DNA of 24,506 nt from Alphaproteobacteria bacterium. Its GTDB lineage: Bacteria; Pseudomonadota; Alphaproteobacteria; UBA7887. Shown here in pieces: positions 19,277-24,506 of the stretch. The notes beneath the pieces are model-generated. The model was not told the origin of the DNA. It saw nothing but the letters and a program-made list of their open reading frames with translations, and ran no database searches. Location: contig CBDCGL010000003.1 in NCBI GenBank assembly GCA_965216755.1, forward strand, positions 1 to 24,506. Reading direction: 5' to 3'. Made by a program: the position numbers and the translations under genes. Each line of letters opens with the position of its first letter. Within the stretch, counting starts at the first letter, position 1.

Positions 19277-19535
19277 AAATCACGAACTGGATCGGTTCGC
19301 CGTCAACGCCTGTATGTTGCACCGCCTGTAACTTTGGATGCACATACGGCGCCGCGTGCTGCGCCGCCCACTTCCTATCTTCGATTTCGCGCTTTTCGTC
19401 GCGCAGCAGCGACAGCATGAAGTCGAGCGGCGTCAGTCCGCTTGCCGCGATCTCCGCCTCGCGTTTCAACGAGGCTTTGTTACGGCTACCCTTCCTCCTA
19501 CCACCGGTTTTCGGTGTGCCTGCTGACCTTGGCAT
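19182..19535 (-). CDS. terS: Terminase small subunit
   Basis: KTGGRRKGSRNK N-terminus, TPLDFML, AAPYVHPKL and HTGVDGEPI motifs; immediately upstream of terL. Confidence 0.85.
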   Translation of the reverse strand: MPRSAGTPKTGGRRKGSRNKASLKREAEIAASGLTPLDFMLSLLRDEKREIEDRKWAAQHAAPYVHPKLQAVQHTGVDGEPIQFVIYGTGKSESEEDWAEEFAPGVEATARPTNGTA

Positions 19536-19552
19536 CCGTTTCTAGATAGTTT

Positions 19553-19726
19553 CTATTTGTTCGAAAGGTCGAAACCCAATTGCGCGCGCTGTCGGCACAG
19601 CGGCTCGCCGCGAGCGTCAAGCAATCCAGTCGGTTGAGGCTCGCTTTCAAACACCGTGATCGTGACTTCGGTGGGGTCGTTCCACCAATGGTCATCTTCG
19701 TTTGCGCGCGGTTTCGGATCCATCAT
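19553..19726 (-). CDS. Small hypothetical protein (57 aa), first late gene
   Basis: MMDPKP...TITVFESEPQPTGLLDARGEPL...LGF; the ATG lies just after the terminator's U-tract. Confidence 0.6.
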   Translation of the reverse strand: MMDPKPRANEDDHWWNDPTEVTITVFESEPQPTGLLDARGEPLCRQRAQLGFDLSNK

Positions 19727-19732
19727 TGCAAC

Positions 19733-19762
19733 AAAAAGCCCCCGACGCGACGCGCCGGAGGC
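19733..19762 (-). terminator. Rho-independent terminator ahead of the late operon (tR'-like)
   Basis: Minus strand GCCTCCGGCGC-GTC-GCGTCGGGGGC-TTTTT: 11-bp stem with two G-U pairs. Confidence 0.75.
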
Positions 19763-19786
19763 AAACCCACTCACCTTATCGGTCGC

Positions 19787-19815
19787 GGGTACCAAATTTG
19801 TTCGCGGTGTTCAAG
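19787..19815 (-). promoter_or_regulatory. Putative late promoter (pR'-like)
   Basis: TTGAAC overlapping the regulator's stop codon, a GAACA direct repeat, a 17-bp spacer and only a weak -10 (TACCCG). Support is mainly positional. Confidence 0.35.
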
Positions 19816-20215
19816 CTATTTTTTGCTCGGCAGATAGTTCCAACTCGCACAACCTGGCCAGCGCAGCCTGATGTTGCTGCCACAGCACGGTGCGGCCGGC
19901 GCCGAAGTATGCGCATATCGGCTTCCATGGCACGTCGAACGCGCGCAGCCAGATCAAGCGCTGATCCGGGATGCGCAGGTGCATTACCAGAGCGCATATG
20001 GTGTCGCAATCATCGATGGCTTCCGGGCTTGGCCGCGGTAGTCGCGCATAAGCGGAGCTATACCCGTATGCTTCGTTGACCGACCGCACGATGTCCGGCC
20101 ACTGCGCTTTGTGCCCGGCGGGGAAACAGCCATGCGCCGGTAGGCGTCGCAGCGTATCGGCGGCGCGGCGTACGCGATCACGCATTTCCAGAACCTGATA
20201 CTGTCCGATGGTCAA
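19811..20215 (-). CDS. DUF6362-like protein, probable late-transcription regulator
   Basis: AADTLRRLP...WPDIVR...PSPEAID...LIWLRAFDVPWKPICAYFG..RTVLW with a C-terminal HTH; TTGA overlap start; last gene before the late operon. Confidence 0.8.
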   Translation of the reverse strand: MTIGQYQVLEMRDRVRRAADTLRRLPAHGCFPAGHKAQWPDIVRSVNEAYGYSSAYARLPRPSPEAIDDCDTICALVMHLRIPDQRLIWLRAFDVPWKPICAYFGAGRTVLWQQHQAALARLCELELSAEQKIA

Positions 20216-20481
20216 TGCCGCACCTGCTGGTTCATGATCCGGTCGACCTGTGCTGCCCAGTCGGGGAAGTCCTCGGCGATCCATTGATAAATCTGATTCA
20301 TCCACGCGCCAATTAATCCCGGATCAACATTGCGTTGCCCGAGGTACAGCACGCGCGTGATGTGGAGCGCGTATTCGTTCGGCGAAATTCCGTTCTTCAG
20401 TGCGCGCTCGCCGAGGTCCGCAATGCCCTGGCGTACGAATTCATACGCTTCGTGCGGAGCTAGTTTTGGTGTGTCCGTCAC
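20212..20481 (-). CDS. Hypothetical protein (89 aa)
   Basis: GTG start overlapping the upstream stop (GTGA), GAGGG RBS, helical protein-like composition. Confidence 0.65.
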   Translation of the reverse strand: MTDTPKLAPHEAYEFVRQGIADLGERALKNGISPNEYALHITRVLYLGQRNVDPGLIGAWMNQIYQWIAEDFPDWAAQVDRIMNQQVRH

Positions 20482-20735
20482 GCCGCGGCCCTCCGCGTCG
20501 ATAGGGGTAAGCGTCGTTCCCAATTCTCGCGTTCTATGGCGTGGGCCAGCGCCGCGGGCGCACCAGGAAAATCCGACTGATAGCGACCATATCGTTGCTT
20601 CCACGCATCGTCGATTTCCTTCGGTACCGGCCCCCAGCATGTCGGCCAGATCATTCGCTTGCGCCTACGTACATCGTCTATCCGCCGACGCTTGAGATCG
20701 GCATCAATCGTGTCCGGATCATCCCGCCAGGTCAT
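20478..20735 (-). CDS. Hypothetical protein (85 aa)
   Basis: ATG 20735 with an AGGGG RBS; MTWRDDPD...WPTCWGPVP; overlaps its neighbours at both ends. Confidence 0.6.
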   Translation of the reverse strand: MTWRDDPDTIDADLKRRRIDDVRRRKRMIWPTCWGPVPKEIDDAWKQRYGRYQSDFPGAPAALAHAIERENWERRLPLSTRRAAA

Positions 20736-21057
20736 CGAATTCCCCTTCCAAAATCCGCAACACCACGTTTGGCCGAAGCATGAACGTGATGTTTGCACGC
20801 CACCCGCGACGCCCGCCGCCGCACAGGAACGGCGAGTTCGCAACGGCCTTCAGCGCCTCCGTCCATCCGTCGAGGCCAACGTCGTTCAACACGCGTCGCA
20901 ATCGGATGCGACGGTCGCCGGTGAGCATGCGCACTTTCGGCAAGCCACATTCGGCCGCCATGTCGTTCCACAGCTCGATCGCGCGATCGCAGTCGTCGTC
21001 AGTTTGGCGACACTTTTGCGGTGCATGGTCTGTTTCTCTTAACTGAATCACTGTCAT
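20719..21057 (-). CDS. Stand-alone C-terminal domain of a phage replication initiator
   Basis: 112 aa; IELWN...GLPKVRMLTGDRR...SPFLCG...GWRANITFMLRP...RILEGEFD resembles the C-terminal domain of phage replication proteins; own GGGGG RBS; no N-terminal HTH. Confidence 0.7.
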   Translation of the reverse strand: MTVIQLRETDHAPQKCRQTDDDCDRAIELWNDMAAECGLPKVRMLTGDRRIRLRRVLNDVGLDGWTEALKAVANSPFLCGGGRRGWRANITFMLRPNVVLRILEGEFDDLAG

Positions 21058-21059
21058 TC

Positions 21060-21389
21060 TTTCCCCCGTCTATACTCTCTGTTTATTGATGCACCGTGGT
21101 GAGTTCTTGGGTTTTAGGCATGGGACGACAAGCCCCGCACACGTGTGATTTTTCGTGCGCAGAGTTTGTCCCCATGCCGTCATGCACCGCGGAGCCGTCC
21201 CCGGGCATCAGGCCCGTGTGGTCGATAGGAACCTCGCCACACGGTCGGCGCCTACTTCAGACGGTGGTTCTGCCGCCTGCACTCCCCCTCGCGCCTTTGG
21301 GACCGGGGTTGGGCTGTGAGTGCGCCCCACGGTAGCCCTTGAACGCCTGCCGCCGCGGTCGTAACCCACCAGCAGGCGCGTTGTCCGTC
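21060..21389 (-). ncRNA. ~330-nt highly structured non-coding element (candidate ncRNA or origin element)
   Basis: Seven helices including a 25-bp hairpin (21117-21178) and a multibranch domain closed by 21199-21204/21303-21308. At least five non-Watson-Crick positions are G-U pairs on the minus strand. No credible ORF. Confidence 0.7.
21089..21192. repeat. 11-nt direct repeat ATGCACCG(T/C)GG flanking the long hairpin
   Basis: ATGCACCGTGG at 21089-21099 and ATGCACCGCGG at 21182-21192. Confidence 0.75.
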
Positions 21390-21953
21390 CTACGTTCGGC
21401 TAATCTCCGCTTCCGAAGCCGGGTCAGGCGGAAGAATGACCCGCGTCATGATCGCTCCGACCTCCGACACACAACCGCCGGCGTCGTGCCAAATTTCACT
21501 ACCCGTAAAATGCACAACGTGGACCCCCGATTTCAGCAGGTGCCTATCGCGCGATTTGTCGCGTCGTGCCTGCTCTTTTGTTTTCTCGTGGAAGTCGTGA
21601 CCGTCACATTCGATGGCGAATAGATAATGCGTATCGTCACGACCGCTATGTGGGTGGATGAATTCAAGCAAGAAATCCGGTCGTACATCGGCGTAGGCCT
21701 TCTGGCACCAAATCCGCAATGTTTCTTTACCAAAAAACGGTGACCCACCTAGTCCCGTCCCTGGCTCGAAGAAGATCTCCGGAAAAAGCGGAACTAAACT
21801 CATTTCCAGATCGATGACTAAGGCAGCCGCCATCCTTGCTTCGATTGGACTTTCGGAGTTCGCAGCGAGTCGTTGGAAGGCCGTTATAAATTCCTCCTCC
21901 GCTCGCACACGAACCGTCTCGAGGCACCGCCTCATGAACTCCGCATCGTCCAT
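21390..21953 (-). CDS. DUF559/Vsr-like PD-(D/E)XK endonuclease
   Basis: ESPIE...Q...RPDFLL...AIECDGHDFHEKTKEQARRDKSRDRHL...FTGSEIW; strong GGGGAG RBS. Confidence 0.85.
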   Translation of the reverse strand: MDDAEFMRRCLETVRVRAEEEFITAFQRLAANSESPIEARMAAALVIDLEMSLVPLFPEIFFEPGTGLGGSPFFGKETLRIWCQKAYADVRPDFLLEFIHPHSGRDDTHYLFAIECDGHDFHEKTKEQARRDKSRDRHLLKSGVHVVHFTGSEIWHDAGGCVSEVGAIMTRVILPPDPASEAEISRT

Positions 21954-22175
21954 TTTTCTTCTCCCCCTAAACCGGCAATCGGTTTGATGTTCGTCTCATT
22001 TGAAGCTCCGCGAGCATGCGAACGGTTTCCCATGTCGCTGGTGGCCCCATGTGTACGGGGCCGTCGAGCGCGAGCCACGCCCGTTGTGGCGTGAAACCGT
22101 TGCAAGCCCACCAAGCCAGTTGTTCATCGATGATGTCGAAAAGCTCGTGGTCGTCCGGCGCGATTTGGGCCTTCC

Positions 22176-22204
22176 AAAAAAAAAGAGGCGGCTATTACGC
22201 CGCC
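22176..22204 (-). terminator. Rho-independent terminator overlapping the stop of the GapR-like gene
   Basis: Minus strand GGCGGC-GTAATA-GCCGCC-TC-T9. Confidence 0.75.
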
Positions 22205-22533
22205 GCTTCCGCTTCACCCTCGGTGACGACTTCAGGCAACCGCTCTTCGAACAGATCGCGTTGCATTGGCAGGCCGATGGCGTCACGGACGATGCGATAC
22301 GCCAGGTCGAAACCGCGGCGCTGGTCTTCGTCCCAGTTCGCATACTTCATCGCCATGGCCAGCGCGTGCCGGCTGATGCCTTTCGCTTCCAGTTTCTCGA
22401 CGATCGCCGACTTTTCTTGATTAATCCCCTGTCGGTCCGACTTGAGGGTGTCGATTTCTTCGACAGCCTTCGAGATATCGGCTTTGAGTTCTTCGAGCTC
22501 GTCATTGCGAAGTTTCGTGACTTTACTTGACAT
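22195..22533 (-). CDS. GapR/DUF2312-like DNA-binding protein
   Basis: 112 aa; LKADISKAVEEIDTLKSDRQGINQEKSAIVEKLEAKGIS..AL...YRIVRDAIGL follows the GapR helix pattern; AAGGA RBS. Confidence 0.6.
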   Translation of the reverse strand: MSSKVTKLRNDELEELKADISKAVEEIDTLKSDRQGINQEKSAIVEKLEAKGISRHALAMAMKYANWDEDQRRGFDLAYRIVRDAIGLPMQRDLFEERLPEVVTEGEAEAAA

Positions 22534-23140
22534 GATCGGTGTCCTTTTCTGGTGTTGGCATAATCCAGTGAATTGTTGAGGGGCGCTTTGAAGCGCTATC
22601 CCAGACGATCCAGCAGTAATCGTGCTGGCCGTTCTGTGCCCGTACTGTCACGCCGCCTGGCGGCATGCTCGGTCGCTTCGACAGCACGTAGACCCGTGCG
22701 GGAAGGTGGTCGCTGAATAGTTTGTGACGTTTTTGGCTGGCTAAGAAGTCGAGCCGCACCAGCATCGCGACCTTGCATTTCACGAGGCTTATTGCCTTTC
22801 GCGCGAAGGCTTCCGCCCGTTTGTACGGCGGGTTCATGACGATGTTGTCAAACATCGGCGCGTACTCAGTCCACTCGTCCGAGAGGAAATCTCCACAATC
22901 GATAAACCAGTTGCCCCAGCCCGGTGGGTTCCGAAACGCATCGCTGCCGTAGACAAACATTTTGCGGGTGCCGCGCTCGAAACACTTCGGGATCGTGCCG
23001 CTGCCGCAGCAAGGGTCCATAACTGAGTGGTAAAACGGTTCGTGATCTATCAGCAGGTCGACACACCATTCGGGCTCGACATAGAAATCATGCGGGTCCC
23101 GTGCGTAACCCGATCGTTTTTGCTTCGCGACCGCTGTCAT
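22523..23140 (-). CDS. SAM-dependent DNA methyltransferase (N6-adenine type), orphan
   Basis: DFYVEP, motif I DPCCGSG, motif IV NPPY and MLVRLDFLAS; ATGA overlap with the upstream gene. Confidence 0.88.
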   Translation of the reverse strand: MTAVAKQKRSGYARDPHDFYVEPEWCVDLLIDHEPFYHSVMDPCCGSGTIPKCFERGTRKMFVYGSDAFRNPPGWGNWFIDCGDFLSDEWTEYAPMFDNIVMNPPYKRAEAFARKAISLVKCKVAMLVRLDFLASQKRHKLFSDHLPARVYVLSKRPSMPPGGVTVRAQNGQHDYCWIVWDSASKRPSTIHWIMPTPEKDTDHVK

Positions 23141-23484
23141 GCCGTCACCACGGCGATTTTGACGCCGTTCACCAGCTCGGCGACCTGCCGGCGGATCTTG
23201 GCGTCGCGATAATCGACGCGCGGCTTGGCGTCTTCGTACACAGTCCGCCAGGCGCCATCGACGTACCGCTCGTACTTGAAATCAGCTTCGTACCAGCCGC
23301 GACCGACCTTCCCGCCGTTGATGACCATCGGCAGGCGCGGGTGTACTTCCAGGTTGCGGATATCCCCGGCCATCTGCATCAGCTTAAGGTTGCCGTAACG
23401 TCGTGCTTCCAGCTGCGACGGGAACTTATGGCCGTCGACCTCGATCGACCGCGCTTTGAAGGGCCGATGTACCGCGCGTCTCAT
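23137..23484 (-). CDS. DUF1064-like protein (putative PD-(D/E)XK nuclease/resolvase)
   Basis: 115 aa from ATG 23484; VDGHKFPSQLEARRY...IRNLEVHP...YEADFKY...VYEDAK. Confidence 0.85.
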   Translation of the reverse strand: MRRAVHRPFKARSIEVDGHKFPSQLEARRYGNLKLMQMAGDIRNLEVHPRLPMVINGGKVGRGWYEADFKYERYVDGAWRTVYEDAKPRVDYRDAKIRRQVAELVNGVKIAVVTA

Positions 23485-23494
23485 TCCGCCCCCG

Positions 23495-23530
23495 AAAAAG
23501 ACGCCCCGGCGCAGGTGGGTGCGCCAGGGC
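23495..23530 (-). terminator. Terminator-like hairpin upstream of the DUF1064-like gene
   Basis: Minus strand GCCCTGGCGCA-CCCACC-TGCGCCGGGGC-GTC-TTTTT. Confidence 0.55.
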
Positions 23531-23707
23531 TCAGTGGAGGGAGGTTTTGATGAAACGCGACGCCGCGGGTGACGGGTGCGGCGTCCTGCCCCGTTTGGGT
23601 GCACGCGCCGGTAACGGCCCCGACGCGTGCTGACTTGACGACAGGCAGCCATGGCATGGCTGTTCGGCAAACCGCGTCGGGCCTCTCGTCAACTTTGTGC
23701 GGAGTCA

Positions 23708-24175
23708 CTACCGCGACCCCACCATCTGCTTCTTAAAGCTCTGCAGCGTCTCGATCAGGTCCGGTAGCCGTTGGTAGATCTCGCGCCGTTCTTTGTGGTC
23801 CAGGTGACCATCGGCCAGCTCGCGCGCCAGCTGTGCCGCTTCCTGGCACATATGCGACAACACATCATGCGGCGTCGGTGCCGGCCCGTCGATGCGATGT
23901 GCGCCCGTCAAGCCAGACTGCTCGGTAACCGCATTGCAGAACCCCGGCGGTAGGACGGCGATTAGCTGCAGCCAAGCGCGTAGCGTGGGAAGCGACCGAC
24001 CTTCGTGATAGCTGCGCATCGTCGTGTAGGGGATGCCGGTTGCCTCGGCAACGGTTTGAACGGAATACATTCGCCCCTGCCCCACGAACGCACGCAGCGT
24101 TGTGGTGAACCGCTCTTGCACCAGATCTTGCGCAATGTCCGCGCGATCCGCGATGGCAACGACATCAGCCGTCAT
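23708..24175 (-). CDS. CII-like phage regulatory protein with HTH
   Basis: HTH SVQTVAEATGIPYTTMRSY and C-terminal ELADGHLDHKERREI motif; lies downstream of a Cro-like gene. Confidence 0.7.
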   Translation of the reverse strand: MTADVVAIADRADIAQDLVQERFTTTLRAFVGQGRMYSVQTVAEATGIPYTTMRSYHEGRSLPTLRAWLQLIAVLPPGFCNAVTEQSGLTGAHRIDGPAPTPHDVLSHMCQEAAQLARELADGHLDHKERREIYQRLPDLIETLQSFKKQMVGSR

Positions 24176-24467
24176 TCACAGTGCTCCCATGATCGATGTG
24201 TTGATCATTCCCCCGAAACTGGCGGGCGTTCGGAAACAACCCGTCCCCCCGAGCCGAGCGCCCGCCGATTTTTCTTCGGTGTTCGATGATCAGTGTGACG
24301 CAGACAATCGTGCCCCAAGTCGAGATGCCGAATCCCATCGCCGAAAGCAGCGCCAGCCACCATGCGTCAGGCCTGCCAAGCGTGCCGGCCCAAACAAGCA
24401 GCCAAAAACACATGGCGGACGCCAACACCACCGTACGGACACCCAATCCAAGAACTGCGCGCGTCAT
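24165..24467 (-). CDS. Small two-TM membrane protein
   Basis: Two hydrophobic segments separated by GRPD; ATGA overlap with the upstream gene; GAGG RBS. Confidence 0.6.
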   Translation of the reverse strand: MTRAVLGLGVRTVVLASAMCFWLLVWAGTLGRPDAWWLALLSAMGFGISTWGTIVCVTLIIEHRRKIGGRSARGDGLFPNARQFRGNDQHIDHGSTVNDG

Positions 24468-24506
24468 GCGACCGCCTCAGGTTCGTTTTCGTGGAAAAAG
24501 TCATTG
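24464..24506 (-). CDS. 3' end of a probable Cro-like repressor (partial)
   Basis: Reads ...NDFFHENEPEAVA*. NDFF resembles the C-terminal end of Cro-like HTH proteins and the position fits, but only 13 codons are visible. Confidence 0.4.
   Translation of the reverse strand, partial: NDFFHENEPEAVA

Noticed and set aside
21096-21335. 79-aa plus-strand ORF across the structured element
   Set aside because: Antisense to the operon, no RBS, non-protein-like; the helices with minus-strand G-U pairs explain the sequence better.
22192-22197. Stop-codon read-through or recoded genetic code extending the GapR-like gene
   Set aside because: Double stop TAA-TAG inside a terminator hairpin; TAA, TAG and TGA all end genes normally elsewhere.
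21390-23140. Restriction-modification pair (methyltransferase plus DUF559 nuclease)
   Set aside because: The genes are separated by another gene and a terminator, and both families are commonly solitary in phage early regions.
1000-24300. Many plus-strand and alternate-frame ORFs in the track (e.g. 16434-17405, 17963-18805, 8658-9371, 11394-12098)
   Set aside because: Shadow ORFs of GC-rich minus-strand genes, with Arg-rich composition and no recognisable motifs.

Overview
A ~62% GC segment of a temperate, short-tailed (podovirus-type) phage or prophage, most likely infecting an alphaproteobacterium (inferred from GapR-like and DUF6362-like genes and a head-spike-fibre-like domain). Nearly all genes lie on the minus strand and are translationally coupled. 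From right to left: the end of a Cro-like gene, a CII-like regulator, a DUF1064-like protein, an N6-adenine methyltransferase, a GapR-like protein, a DUF559/Vsr-like nuclease, a ~330-nt highly structured non-coding element, a stand-alone C-terminal domain of a phage replication initiator, a DUF6362-like late regulator with a promoter/terminator pair, terS, terL, a 1002-aa beta-helix/head-spike-fibre fusion, portal, scaffold, major capsid, a cement-like protein, two HhH proteins, adaptor, nozzle, a GNAT protein and three ejection proteins (the last broken by four +1 insertions). An opposite-strand 4-TM protein and a complete C4-type antisense RNA switch upstream of a twin-arginine-like ORF follow. 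The most interesting signal is the structured element at 21060-21389: it sits where the initiator's DNA-binding half and iteron origin would normally be, its G-U pairs indicate minus-strand folding, and it carries an 11-nt direct repeat. Family assignments come from motif recognition by eye, not database searches.
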